A stretch of DNA of 30,217 bases from a virus (IMGVR_UViG_3300011335_000573:1-30217), one strand, 5' to 3'; counted from the stretch's first letter, positions 8,509-17,459 are shown. Notes: generated by a model not told the origin, from the letters alone. A program made the numbers and translations.

Positions 8509-8973
8509 ATGCCCTACATCCGTCGCCAGTTCATCCACAACGGTGAAGTCACTGCCGCCAAGCTGGAGGCCAACGCCTTCAACGGTGCCATCGTCGCGAA
8601 CACCGCGCCTGTTGCGCCGAGCGGGACCACCGTCCCGGTCATGCCGCTGGTCGTCATCCTCAACACCGCTGACGCTGCGGGCGACACGACCTACGTGCTC
8701 CCGTTCAAGTGCCGCGTCGTTGCGGTGGCCGCGCAGAAGATCACCGCTGCGACGGGTGCGTTCACCAACACGGTCGTGCTGAAGAACGGCGCGAACGCTG
8801 TGTCGAGCGTGATGAGCTTCAACAACCAGCCGCGTGGCACTGCGGTGGAGTCGACGCTTGTGGACGACACCTACAGCACGTTCGCTGCTGGGTCGAACGC
8901 CACGCTCACCGTCGTCAAGGCTGGTGGCAACGCTGAGTTCGCGGTTGTCGTGACGCTCGTTCGGGTGGCCTGA
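8509..8973 (+). CDS. Putative virion structural/decoration protein
   Basis: 154 aa with a GAGG RBS, an N-terminal 'VTAAKL' fibre-type motif and a beta-rich C-terminal domain. Codon usage is like that of the highly expressed capsid gene. Confidence 0.55.
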   Translation: MPYIRRQFIHNGEVTAAKLEANAFNGAIVANTAPVAPSGTTVPVMPLVVILNTADAAGDTTYVLPFKCRVVAVAAQKITAATGAFTNTVVLKNGANAVSSVMSFNNQPRGTAVESTLVDDTYSTFAAGSNATLTVVKAGGNAEFAVVVTLVRVA

Positions 8974-9344
8974 TGAGTGCCGTCGCCCCTCAACCCGTCT
9001 CTCGGTTGACGGGCACGACGGGTGTGTCTGGGGCGACTACCCAGACCGACCTGGTCGTGTCTGACCGACTCACCAAGATCGTCATCCGTCGCGTCAAGCT
9101 CAAGCGGACGGCTGGTGCTGGTGCCAACTTCACGCCGCGCATCTTCAAGGTGAGCGGTGCGGCGAACGGCAGCATCGACCAGGAGTTCGTGGGTAGCGCG
9201 ACTGCGGTAGCTGACCTCTTCGATGTCGTCGCGGAAGTCTACGTCTTCACCGACAAGAACGGGAAGCTGTACCTCCAGCCTTCTCCGGACGCTGGTGCGG
9301 ACAACGTCTTCCAGTACGAAGTCTACTTTGAGATCGTCCGATAG
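8973..9344 (+). CDS. Putative virion structural protein
   Basis: 123 aa, beta-rich, coupled to the upstream gene through TGATG. Confidence 0.55.
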   Translation: MSAVAPQPVSRLTGTTGVSGATTQTDLVVSDRLTKIVIRRVKLKRTAGAGANFTPRIFKVSGAANGSIDQEFVGSATAVADLFDVVAEVYVFTDKNGKLYLQPSPDAGADNVFQYEVYFEIVR

Positions 9345-9356
9345 CTAGGAGGTAGC

Positions 9357-10250
9357 ATGGCTAGCTCACAGGTTCTGCCATCGCCTATCGGTGGTGGTGG
9401 TGGTAGCACGTATACCCCTACGGTTGACGGCTGGTTCGGTGACGGACTGGACGGAGACGCTACCATCGTCGGCACGACCACGCTGACGAGGGAAACGTAC
9501 TACAACAATCTCACCATCACGGCTACGGGAACGGTGAAGCCAGGTGGGTTCCGTCTCTTCGTGAAGGGTACGCTGACCATCGAGGCTGGCGGCTCTCTCA
9601 ACGACGATGGTCTTTCCGCGACAGGCACTGCTGGTGGCTTGGCACTTGCTGCTCGCGGCACGCTGAACGCGCAGTCTGGCGTCGGTGGAGCAGGAAGCGC
9701 GGGCGGGACCAATGGGAACGTCGGTGGAGCTGCTCCAGGCAATAGCTCTCCGAATGGTGCGGGCCTCGCTCCTCTTGGTGGAAAGGGTGGAGACGCCGTC
9801 AACCTCGGTGGTGCTGGAGGAGCGGCAGGCGTTCCCACTCAAGGTCAACGTTGGCACGGCACGGCATGGCAGCAGCAGGGCCGCTTCAACAACGGCACGG
9901 CTCAGGCCCAGTACAACGGTGGAAGCGGCGGCGGCGGCGGCGCATCCTTCGCGGCTGGCACTACGGGTGGTGGTGGTGGCAGCGGAGCGGGTTTGGTGTG
10001 GGTAGCCGCGAAGACCATCGTCAACGCTGGTCGCATCTCGGCTAACGGAGGCAACGGCTTCGTCGGAGCTGGAGTCGCTGCTGCTGGTGGCGGCGGCGGC
10101 GGCGGTGGCGGCTCAGTCTGTGTCGGCACGTTGAGCGCGAGCTACGGGCTGGTTCAGGCACTCGGCGGCGTCGGCGCGGCTGGCATCAACACGGGGACTG
10201 CGGGCGTGAATGGAAACGCTGGAGCAGTCCAGGTTGTGGTGCTGGCATGA
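9357..10250 (+). CDS. Glycine-rich fibre/adhesin-like protein
   Basis: 297 aa with an AGGAGG RBS. A 'FGDGLDGD...YNNLTI' head is followed by many GGxGG runs and 'GRISANGGNG', typical of polyglycine-rich phage fibre domains. Confidence 0.7.
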   Translation: MASSQVLPSPIGGGGGSTYTPTVDGWFGDGLDGDATIVGTTTLTRETYYNNLTITATGTVKPGGFRLFVKGTLTIEAGGSLNDDGLSATGTAGGLALAARGTLNAQSGVGGAGSAGGTNGNVGGAAPGNSSPNGAGLAPLGGKGGDAVNLGGAGGAAGVPTQGQRWHGTAWQQQGRFNNGTAQAQYNGGSGGGGGASFAAGTTGGGGGSGAGLVWVAAKTIVNAGRISANGGNGFVGAGVAAAGGGGGGGGGSVCVGTLSASYGLVQALGGVGAAGINTGTAGVNGNAGAVQVVVLA

Positions 10251-10432
10251 CGACGCAGACATGGCTCATCTTTGAGGCTGACGCGACCGAGTCGTACATC
10301 GCGTCGCAGCTCGCGCAGAATCCGGATGTATGCGGGTACTTCCTTGGGTGCCCGCCATTCCTCCAGACGCAGGCCGCTGAGGAAGGGTGGACGTTCAAGC
10401 CGCCTTACGTCTGGGTGGAGACGCTCCCGTGA
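10247..10432 (+). CDS. Small hypothetical protein (possible fibre chaperone)
   Basis: 61 aa, acidic, with ATGA and GTGA overlaps on either side. Confidence 0.6.
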   Translation: MTTQTWLIFEADATESYIASQLAQNPDVCGYFLGCPPFLQTQAAEEGWTFKPPYVWVETLP

Positions 10433-10953
10433 TTCGCGTCCCGCTGTATCGACGGCTCAATCCGACGCAGCGGGTCGCAAGCTTTTCTGCTGGCTCAGGC
10501 ATCAGCTTGTCCACGTCAGGGTCCATAAGCGCACCTGACGAGGTCGTGCTCACCATCACCGCAACGGGTGGTGGTGGTGGCACGCCATCAACCACGGTCG
10601 TGTCGGGTACCACTCCGGGCCTCTCGCCTGTCGTTGGGACTTCCACGGACTATGCGCGAGGCGACCATAGCCACGGCACGCCTGCGCTCCCTGGTCACAA
10701 CACGTTGAGCAACCTCGCGTGGGTCAACGCTGGGCACACAGGCGCAAGCACTGCGGTGGCAGCGTGGAACGGTGGAGCCGCGGCGACGGTGGTGCAGGCC
10801 ACGACCGATGAGACGATGCTGGTTCGACGCGCTGGCGTCCTCCAGTGGGTGCCAGTCATCGCTGCCGTGGCTCTCATCGGGAGTGAGGTCGTCCTCGACG
10901 GCGGCACGCTAGATACGGACTTCTTCACCCTTGTCACGGGGACCATCGTATGA
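10429..10953 (+). CDS. Tail fibre-like protein with an HxH motif
   Basis: Start re-assigned to the GTG at 10429 (GGAG RBS, GTGA overlap). Contains 'GTSTDYARGDHSHG', the ARxDHxH repeat of trimeric phage fibres. Confidence 0.65.
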   Translation: MIRVPLYRRLNPTQRVASFSAGSGISLSTSGSISAPDEVVLTITATGGGGGTPSTTVVSGTTPGLSPVVGTSTDYARGDHSHGTPALPGHNTLSNLAWVNAGHTGASTAVAAWNGGAAATVVQATTDETMLVRRAGVLQWVPVIAAVALIGSEVVLDGGTLDTDFFTLVTGTIV

Positions 10954-11915
10954 GCCTCGCCGCGCTCCACCACCGCAAGCTCACCACGGTTACGGCAGCG
11001 TCAAACGGCATCGTAGACATGCTGAACGCTATCTGGACAGCCGTCCAGCCGAGCGTGACGACATACGTGGACGGGACGACGCGCACGTTCAGCGGCTCTG
11101 GGACAGGGTGGACATGGACGCGGTATCAGAACGCGGGTGTCACCGAGGCGATCTATGCATCGCCGCCCACGGGCTCGCTCGCCCAGCGCATCATCATTGC
11201 GGGCGCGACAGGAACGCCGACCCCCTCGCCGACGATGCTCATCGACACGTACCTGGCGAACCGTCTACACATCGGACTTGTGAAGAACGCAGGCGCGTTC
11301 AATGCGTGGAACGCCGCAGCTCCCTTCACCACGGGGCAGTTCACGGGCTACGTGCAGCTCGCCACTAACGCCCCCGTCGCGCCGATCACCTTCACTGTGT
11401 ACGAGTCCGAGGAGACGGTTCAGATCTCGATGGGTACTGCGGCGGCTGGTGCTCTCTACGGCGCAGGTGCTGGTGCGCTGGTTGACCCCGACACCGGAGA
11501 CGCTGCGGACGGCGAGAGCGACGGACGCGTGTACGGTCTGTGGACGGGAGGGTCTTCGACCTTCTCGATCATGCTGGCGAACAACGCAACCAGCGCGTTC
11601 ATGGGCCACGGCGCGAGCGCCACGAACTCCCACTTCGTGACCTTCAATCCAGGGCTATCGTCGGTATCCGCGACGACGCGCTCTAACTTCCACTTCTCGA
11701 TGACCGTCAATAGCTACACATCTCGCGCGGGGAAGTTCCCAACCATCCCGATCTACTGCGTCACGACCACCAACTGGTGCGGGCGGGTGCGTGAGATCCG
11801 CGTCATGCGGCCTGCGACCTCAGGTGCGCGTATCGACGCGTCCGGCGTGAACAAGGGCTACGTCTACGCGACGAACGCGATCAACGCGACCGACGCCGTC
11901 CTTCTCCAGTACTAG
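10950..11915 (+). CDS. Putative virion protein (fibre-associated, beta-rich)
   Basis: 321 aa, Thr/Ala/Gly-rich, ATGA overlap, located in the fibre cluster. Confidence 0.55.
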   Translation: MSLAALHHRKLTTVTAASNGIVDMLNAIWTAVQPSVTTYVDGTTRTFSGSGTGWTWTRYQNAGVTEAIYASPPTGSLAQRIIIAGATGTPTPSPTMLIDTYLANRLHIGLVKNAGAFNAWNAAAPFTTGQFTGYVQLATNAPVAPITFTVYESEETVQISMGTAAAGALYGAGAGALVDPDTGDAADGESDGRVYGLWTGGSSTFSIMLANNATSAFMGHGASATNSHFVTFNPGLSSVSATTRSNFHFSMTVNSYTSRAGKFPTIPIYCVTTTNWCGRVREIRVMRPATSGARIDASGVNKGYVYATNAINATDAVLLQY

Positions 11916-11923
11916 GGACCACG

Positions 11924-12118
11924 ATGACCTACACCGACCAGATCGAGCAGTACGTAGCCGCCTACCCCACGACTGCGCTGGCTCTCGTCCCGGCGTCGTG
12001 CGGCGTGACCACGCTGCCCGCGTATCCGCACGTCGAGGTGCAGGTATGGGACGAGGACTTCTGTGAGCTTGAGGATGCAGGCGGCAACGAGATCGCCCGC
12101 TTCAGACTTGTCGGTTAG
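11924..12118 (+). CDS. Small acidic hypothetical protein
   Basis: 64 aa with a GGGA RBS. It fills the gap between operon genes. Confidence 0.6.
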   Translation: MTYTDQIEQYVAAYPTTALALVPASCGVTTLPAYPHVEVQVWDEDFCELEDAGGNEIARFRLVG

Positions 12119-12140
12119 GCCAACTTATTCAGGAGGTCTG

Positions 12141-12452
12141 ATGGCCGATAGCTCTTCAAGTCGCTGGCAGGACCGCCTGGTGCAGGTTCCGGTTTGGACA
12201 CTGCTCGCGATTGGTGCGGCAATGGTTGGTGGCGGGGGCCTTATGGGAGGCTACTTCAGTGTAGCGGAAGCTGCCCCGTCTATACGCCAGGAGGACGTGG
12301 TCGACATGCGGACCATCCTCGCACGTATTGATGGTCGCTTGGAGGGGATGGAGCGCGAGGGTGCTGCTCTCCGCTCTGAGCTGGTGTCGCTTCGTCGCGA
12401 TGTGAACACGCTCCGTGCTGATGTCGACGCCATCCAGCGCACTCGCCCATAG
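12141..12452 (+). CDS. Holin-like / single-TM coiled-coil protein
   Basis: Start re-assigned to the ATG at 12141, after AGGAGG. A hydrophobic segment 'VPVWTLLAIGAAMVGGGGLMGGYF' is followed by a heptad coiled coil. It lies upstream of the endolysin. Confidence 0.5.
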   Translation: MADSSSSRWQDRLVQVPVWTLLAIGAAMVGGGGLMGGYFSVAEAAPSIRQEDVVDMRTILARIDGRLEGMEREGAALRSELVSLRRDVNTLRADVDAIQRTRP

Positions 12453-12463
12453 GAGGAGGCACC

Positions 12464-12649
12464 ATGCCCATCGACGCTAATGAAGCCATCATGCTCGGTA
12501 TTGAAGCTGCTGAGCTTGCCGAGTTCATCGTGAAGGCTCTCAAGCCTGGTCCTGACGGGCGCGAGCGTCTCGACAAGGCTGAGGTCGGCGAGCTGCTTCG
12601 CCGCTTGGGTAGCCTGTCGATGCACGTCGCCCGCGACATGGTGGACTAG
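12464..12649 (+). CDS. Small hypothetical protein (lysis region)
   Basis: 61 aa, amphipathic helical, with a strong AGGAGG RBS. Confidence 0.65.
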   Translation: MPIDANEAIMLGIEAAELAEFIVKALKPGPDGRERLDKAEVGELLRRLGSLSMHVARDMVD

Positions 12650-12652
12650 ACC

Positions 12653-14143
12653 ATGAACCAGATCTACCCCGCACGCCAGAGCAGCAGCGTTACCATCGGT
12701 GGCCCGCTGAGCGGGTTCGGGGAGGTCGAGGTCATCTCGCCTGAGCCCACCTCTCAGGTGGCGTTCATCTACACCTTGAACCCGCTCCTGGTCACGACGC
12801 AGACCTACGGGGCGGGCGCGTCCGTCACGCTCGACAACGGTGAAGCCGTCATGGTCAGCGGGACTGCGACCGATGGATACGCTCGCCTCATCTCAAAGAA
12901 GGTGGCGAAGTACCGTGCAGGCCAGGCCACGATGGCGAAGTGGACGGGCCGCTTCGTCGGTGGAGGCTTCGCAGGAAACCGCCGCATGGTCGGACTGTAC
13001 AACGTCGAGGCTGGATACCAGTTCGGCTACGACGGGACGGCGTTCGGCATCCTGTACACCGAGACGGCAACGTGCGAGGTGCAGACCCTGACCATCTCGG
13101 TCAAGGCATCGTCGGCAACGAACGTCACGGTGACGCTGGATGGTGGGCCTGCGGTCGTGGTGCCTGTGACTAACGGCGCAAACACCAGCGTGACTGCGGC
13201 TGAGATTGCAGCGGCCAACTACTCGCAGGCGGCTGGCGGGTGGGATGCTGCTGCGGTTGGCAATGTCGTGTACTTCGTGCGGCGCACGGCTGGCACTGCG
13301 GGTGCATCGACGTTCGCTCCTGGTACAAGCGGTGCGGTGGGTGCTTTCGCTATCCTGACGACGGGTATGGTTCCGACCGAGCAGTTCATCCCGCAGACGG
13401 CGTGGAACGTGGACAGGTTTGATGGGACTGGCCCTAGCGGACAGACCATCGACCCGACCAAGGGCAACGTGTACGGGGTGCAGCTTCAGTACCTCGGATA
13501 CGGTGATGCCTTCTTCTACATCGTAAACGGGAACACGGGACGCCCCCAGCTCGTACACATCGTCCGCAACGCAAACACGCGCACTTCGGTCGTGCTCCGC
13601 AATCCCAACCTCTACTTGATGTGGGAGAGCAGGAACACCGGGACGGGCACGTCGCGTGAGATGCGAGGGGCAAGTGGGGCTGCGTTTGTCGAGGGGAAGG
13701 TCAACTTCCTCGGAGCGCAGTTCGGTGCGGTCGGCAGCAAGACTGCGGGTGCAGGCGTCGAGACGCCAATCCTTACGCTGCGGGGCAGCACGACGTACAA
13801 CAACCGCAGGTCGTCCGCGCAGATCCAGATCGACCGCTTCTCGGTCGCGTGCGACGGTACCAAGACGGTGGACTTCCGTGTCTACAAGAACGCCACGCTG
13901 ACGGCACCGCAGTTCCAGCGCGTCAATGCCTCAACGTCGGCGGGTGACTACGACTCGGCAGCAACAGCAGCGACTGGCGGCACGCAGGTCTACGCCTTCT
14001 CGGTCGCGAAGACTGGCAACGTGACGGAAAACGTGACGGACCTCGCCCTGTTCCTCCAGGCAGGCGACACGCTGACCATCACCGCAACGAGCGTAAACGC
14101 CTCGGATGTGAGCGCGACCATCGTCTGGATTGAGGACGTATGA
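12653..14143 (+). CDS. Virion structural protein of the 'WNxDxxDGTGPSG' family, with an inserted domain
   Basis: 496 aa with motifs 'KYRAGQ', 'IPQTAWNVDRFDGTGPSGQTIDPTKGNVY' and 'QYLGYG'. I recognise these from a family widespread in phages and large DNA viruses. Its function is not established. Confidence 0.6.
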   Translation: MNQIYPARQSSSVTIGGPLSGFGEVEVISPEPTSQVAFIYTLNPLLVTTQTYGAGASVTLDNGEAVMVSGTATDGYARLISKKVAKYRAGQATMAKWTGRFVGGGFAGNRRMVGLYNVEAGYQFGYDGTAFGILYTETATCEVQTLTISVKASSATNVTVTLDGGPAVVVPVTNGANTSVTAAEIAAANYSQAAGGWDAAAVGNVVYFVRRTAGTAGASTFAPGTSGAVGAFAILTTGMVPTEQFIPQTAWNVDRFDGTGPSGQTIDPTKGNVYGVQLQYLGYGDAFFYIVNGNTGRPQLVHIVRNANTRTSVVLRNPNLYLMWESRNTGTGTSREMRGASGAAFVEGKVNFLGAQFGAVGSKTAGAGVETPILTLRGSTTYNNRRSSAQIQIDRFSVACDGTKTVDFRVYKNATLTAPQFQRVNASTSAGDYDSAATAATGGTQVYAFSVAKTGNVTENVTDLALFLQAGDTLTITATSVNASDVSATIVWIEDV

Positions 14144-14592
14144 AACTCAGCGAGCACTTCACCTTTGAGGAGTTGACGCGCACGACGCACGCCGACCTCC
14201 AGCGGAAGAACCAGGAGGAGGCAGTGCCGTACATGGCTGCGCTGACCGACCTCGCTGCGATGCTTGAGGTAGTGCGCCGTCGCTTCGGTCCTGTCGTTGT
14301 GACTAGCGGCTTCAGGGGGCCTGCGCTCAACGCCCGCGTGAACGGCACAGGCACATCGCAGCATTGCCGTGGAGAGGCAGCGGACATCGTGTGCCCTGCG
14401 ACTGCGGTGCCTGATCTGCACAAGTGGATTGTGACCAAGAGCGGCATCGCCTACGGGCAGTGCATCTTGGAGATGCCTCCTGGTCGTGCGTGGGTGCACC
14501 TGTCTCTCGGCGTGCCGTACCGTCCTGCTATCAAGTGTGGTCAGTCTCTCTTTACTGACGATGCGAAGAGCTACATCCAGAAGAAGTACTGA
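14140..14592 (+). CDS. Peptidase M15A-type endolysin (Zn D-Ala-D-Ala peptidase fold)
   Basis: Contains 'LSEHFTFEEL', 'TSGFRGPALN', 'SQHCRGEAADI' and 'WVHLS', the H-x6-D...H Zn-ligand pattern of M15. Confidence 0.9.
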   Translation: MKLSEHFTFEELTRTTHADLQRKNQEEAVPYMAALTDLAAMLEVVRRRFGPVVVTSGFRGPALNARVNGTGTSQHCRGEAADIVCPATAVPDLHKWIVTKSGIAYGQCILEMPPGRAWVHLSLGVPYRPAIKCGQSLFTDDAKSYIQKKY

Positions 14593-14625
14593 GATACATG
14601 AGCCCTGCGGGGTAATCGCTAGGAC

Positions 14626-14673
14626 CGTGGGCTAGGTCATCTGTGCGTGGTGCAACAGGTGGCCTAGTCCACG
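14626..14673. terminator. Long hairpin between convergent operons (likely terminator)
   Basis: CGTGGGCTAGGTCATCTGT...ACAGGTGGCCTAGTCCACG forms a 19-bp stem. Its three non-Watson-Crick positions are all G-U on the + strand. No U-tract follows. Confidence 0.65.
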
Positions 14674-14676
14674 CGC

Positions 14677-15231
14677 TTACGTGGGTGGCTCAGTCGGCGG
14701 CGGCAACCACTTGACGTTGAAGGTGCCGAACTCAAACGACGGAACCTTCGCGTGCGTGTCGTAGCACCAGCGTAGGAGGTGGTGCCGGATGTACCGCGCT
14801 GACTTCTGCGGCTCGTAGGGGTGACCAATAGCAGCGCAGATGTCCTTAGTGGACTTCCCCTTAGAGCGCATCGTCCAGATGGTGTAGCCGACCTTCCATG
14901 CGAGCTTCCGGTCGGGGAACTTCTGCTTGCGGTGCGGGGCCTTGAGCTTCAAGCGGAGCCACCTAGACCGCAATGCGTTCTTGGTCAGACCAATGGTGGC
15001 GGCTAGGTCAGCCACGCGCTTGGTCGGGTCATCCACGAACTCCTGGTAGAGCGCACGCAGCTTGACGACGCTGATGCGTTGAGTCGCATACGGGTAGACA
15101 CCGTAGTGATTCATCGTCTTGTAGAGCGTCTGGAACTGCACACCGTAGCGTGCAGCCAGCTCGTCCTTGGTTGCGCCAGCCAGCAGCTCGTCGCGGATGC
15201 TGAGGGCTAGTGCCTTCGTCCACCTGGTCAC
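14677..15231 (-). CDS. Basic multi-HTH DNA-binding protein
   Basis: 184 aa with three HTH-like segments: 'TKDELAARYGVQFQTLY', 'VADLAATIGLTKNALRSRW' and 'STKDICAAIG'. Confidence 0.6.
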   Translation of the reverse strand: MTRWTKALALSIRDELLAGATKDELAARYGVQFQTLYKTMNHYGVYPYATQRISVVKLRALYQEFVDDPTKRVADLAATIGLTKNALRSRWLRLKLKAPHRKQKFPDRKLAWKVGYTIWTMRSKGKSTKDICAAIGHPYEPQKSARYIRHHLLRWCYDTHAKVPSFEFGTFNVKWLPPPTEPPT

Positions 15232-15419
15232 TTCAGTCTCTCCAACTGGTCACGGTCGAGGTTCAGGATGGCGTCCGGTGGTTCATCGTGGAGCACATCG
15301 TCAAGCATGTCGATGACAAGCTCGATGGTGGTGGCCTCTCGCCTGCGCTCCTCAATGCGGAACCGCTGAGCCAAGATGACGAGGCTTTCCCTGTAGGACA
15401 GCATCGCCTTCCGGGTCAT
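15228..15419 (-). CDS. Hypothetical protein
   Basis: Start at the ATG at 15419 (MTRKAML...), which overlaps the upstream stop as ATGA and follows a GGAG RBS. 63 aa. Confidence 0.6.
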   Translation of the reverse strand: MTRKAMLSYRESLVILAQRFRIEERRREATTIELVIDMLDDVLHDEPPDAILNLDRDQLERLK

Positions 15420-15595
15420 CGCGTCTCCATCCGGTGGACCCACGCACGGATCTCAGCGGTGTCTTCCGACCAGCGGAAGCGATTGCCGATGCGTACCCAC
15501 GGTCGAGCAGCGTCAGTCTCGCTCGCTCGCATCATCCTCCTCAAGGTAGGACGAGAGATCCCAAGGAACTCCAGCACTTGATCGGTTGTCCACAT
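15416..15595 (-). CDS. Excisionase/AlpA-like winged-helix protein
   Basis: ATG at 15595 after AGGAG. 'MWTTDQVLEFLGISRPTLRRMM...PWVRIGNRFRW' is a MerR/Xis-type HTH. Confidence 0.75.
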   Translation of the reverse strand: MWTTDQVLEFLGISRPTLRRMMRASETDAARPWVRIGNRFRWSEDTAEIRAWVHRMETR

Positions 15596-15770
15596 GTTGT
15601 CCACTCCTATGGAGAACTTGTAAGCACGTCTTACAAGTTGCTGTTTCGGGGAAGGGTGTGCAGCGGTCCTCGGTAACGGACCAGCCGCAGTAGGTACGCA
15701 TGAGAAAGCGCGACCCACGGTCCACCAGACGGATGATGTCTCGCGGAACGTGGGTCGGCTTGGTTGGCAT
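15513..15770 (-). CDS. Small zinc-finger-like protein
   Basis: Has an H...TYCG...TCKTC pattern and starts 3 nt after the Gp157 stop. Its 3' end overlaps the HTH gene by 83 nt. Confidence 0.5.
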   Translation of the reverse strand: MPTKPTHVPRDIIRLVDRGSRFLMRTYCGWSVTEDRCTPFPETATCKTCLQVLHRSGQHVDNRSSAGVPWDLSSYLEEDDASERD

Positions 15771-15773
15771 GGT

Positions 15774-16277
15774 CTACCGGAAGCGGACGCTGCGCTTGGT
15801 GACCAGGTGGAAGCCAGTCGGGAGCTGGGCTCCGTTCTTCGCCTCGCGCAGGGCAGCGGACTTGTCGGCCTCGACCTTGACCCGACGCCAGGCTTCGGGC
15901 CACTCGCTCACCTCGTCAGGACCAATGATGGACTGCGTCTCACCAAGCCACGCGGTGTAGTGCGAGGTCTTCACCTTGGGCTCCTCGCCCATCGTCTCGC
16001 GCTCCAAGAGGAGGCCCGTGGCGAGTTCGAGGATACGGTCGCTCGCAGTCTCCAACGCCTTGCGGCGTGCAGCCATACGCTTCTCCTCCTCGCGGAGCAG
16101 CTCGGCCTCGGAGTCGATGCGCTTGCGCGCAGCGAGACAGGAGTGGAGCTTGTCCTCAGAGATCGAGAGCCAGTTGAGAAGCTCTTCCTCAGTCGCCTCG
16201 GTCAGAACACCTTCGTCGGCTTCGATGATGGTGAGGAGGTAGCGCGCCTGGTTGATGAGGTCGTAGGTGCTAGGCAT
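15774..16277 (-). CDS. Siphovirus Gp157-family protein
   Basis: 167 aa coiled coil with 'LREEEKRMAARRKALE', 'ADKSAALREAKNGAQLPTGFHL' and a terminal 'SVRFR'. It lies next to SSB and ERF, the usual context for this family. Confidence 0.85.
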   Translation of the reverse strand: MPSTYDLINQARYLLTIIEADEGVLTEATEEELLNWLSISEDKLHSCLAARKRIDSEAELLREEEKRMAARRKALETASDRILELATGLLLERETMGEEPKVKTSHYTAWLGETQSIIGPDEVSEWPEAWRRVKVEADKSAALREAKNGAQLPTGFHLVTKRSVRFR

Positions 16278-16666
16278 CAGAAGGGGAACTCCTCAGAGTT
16301 GCTGTTGCTGCTACGCGCAGGAGGCGTAAACGTAGCGTCGTCCTGTCCGGACTTCTTCGGGGAGTCACCAAGGAACTTCACGTCGGAGACGACGATCTCA
16401 GTCGAGTGCTGCTCGACGCCGTCCTTGTTGGTGAACTTGCGGTAGGTAATGCGGCCCTCGATGTAGATCTTGGAGCCCTTGTCCACGTACTGAAGGACAA
16501 GGTCGGCAGTCTTGTCCCAGAAGACGAGACGGTGCCATTCGGTCACGCTCTCACCCTTGGAGCGCATCGAGGTAGCGAGCGTGCAGTTGGCGACGGTCTT
16601 GCCGTTGACTTCGCGGGAGGTGGGCTTCTGTCCGACGTTCCCGACGAGGATGACCTTGTTGACCAT
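16277..16666 (-). CDS. ssb: Single-stranded DNA-binding protein
   Basis: Contains 'MVNKVILVGNVG', 'TEWHRLVFW', 'KGSKIYIEGRI' and an acidic 'EEFPF' tail. Confidence 0.97.
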   Translation of the reverse strand: MVNKVILVGNVGQKPTSREVNGKTVANCTLATSMRSKGESVTEWHRLVFWDKTADLVLQYVDKGSKIYIEGRITYRKFTNKDGVEQHSTEIVVSDVKFLGDSPKKSGQDDATFTPPARSSNSNSEEFPF

Positions 16667-16675
16667 GATGAACTC

Positions 16676-17380
16676 CTAGTTGCCGTTCTCGACGGCGTTG
16701 ACGTAGGTGGTGATGGCATCGTTCCCGGCAGGCGTGCGGAGCCAGTCGATGAGCTTGCCACGGGTAGCGGTGTCCATCTGCGAGGGACGAGCGCGTCCAA
16801 GCTTCTCGCACAGACCACCGAGATGGTCGTAGTTGATGCCCATCTGCTCAAGCAGGTAGAGGTAGGCATCCTTGTCCACCGACCAGGAGGAGTGCTCGAC
16901 GTTGGAGGCAGTGCCGCCAAAAGCCTTGGCCGTGCGGGATGCGGCCTGCTGCACGTCACGCGCACCAGCCGGAAGGCTGGCCTGCGGCATGCTCGCAGCC
17001 TGTCCATCGTCGTCGTCCGAGGCAAGTCCTGCGATGGCCATCGCGGAGTATCGACGGAGATAGGTGATAGTGCTGCCGTAGCCCTGCACGTTCGCCTGCT
17101 GAGGCTTCGCGCTGAACGTGGACCCGATGAACTCACCGCTCTCATGCATGAGCATGGTGGTGACCGACACGGTACCGCTTTCATCGGTCGTGTTGAGCTG
17201 GGTGAACGCGATGCCGTTGTCGGACAGCGGCTTGCGGATGGAGTCGATGACCTCAGCAAGGTCAGCGTACTTGCTCTTGAAGTGAGGGTTGACTGCGCTC
17301 TTCTTTGCGCTGGTCATTGCCCCCTGGGCCTTGGCGAGAGCCTTCGCAAGCTCCCCGATGGTCGGTGACTGGGTGATCAT
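16676..17380 (-). CDS. erf: ERF-family single-strand annealing recombinase
   Basis: Contains 'NPHFKSKYADL' and the ERF signature 'GSTITYLRRYSAMAIAGLASDDDDG'. Confidence 0.93.
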   Translation of the reverse strand: MITQSPTIGELAKALAKAQGAMTSAKKSAVNPHFKSKYADLAEVIDSIRKPLSDNGIAFTQLNTTDESGTVSVTTMLMHESGEFIGSTFSAKPQQANVQGYGSTITYLRRYSAMAIAGLASDDDDGQAASMPQASLPAGARDVQQAASRTAKAFGGTASNVEHSSWSVDKDAYLYLLEQMGINYDHLGGLCEKLGRARPSQMDTATRGKLIDWLRTPAGNDAITTYVNAVENGN

Positions 17381-17410
17381 GTTCCTTCCTTAGCGGCTCC
17401 GTGCCGCACC

Positions 17411-17442
17411 AGACTAGTACCGCACCATGCGACTACCGTCAA
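17411..17442 (-). promoter_or_regulatory. Sigma70-like promoter candidate for the recombination operon
   Basis: The minus strand reads TTGACG-N17-TACTAG(TCT), upstream of erf. Confidence 0.5.
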
Positions 17443-17459
17443 CAGGCTCGCGTAACTTT

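Noticed and set aside
9921-10110. GGC/GGT trinucleotide runs as a contingency locus or DGR target
   Set aside because: Explained by poly-glycine coding. No reverse transcriptase or template/variable repeat pair is seen.
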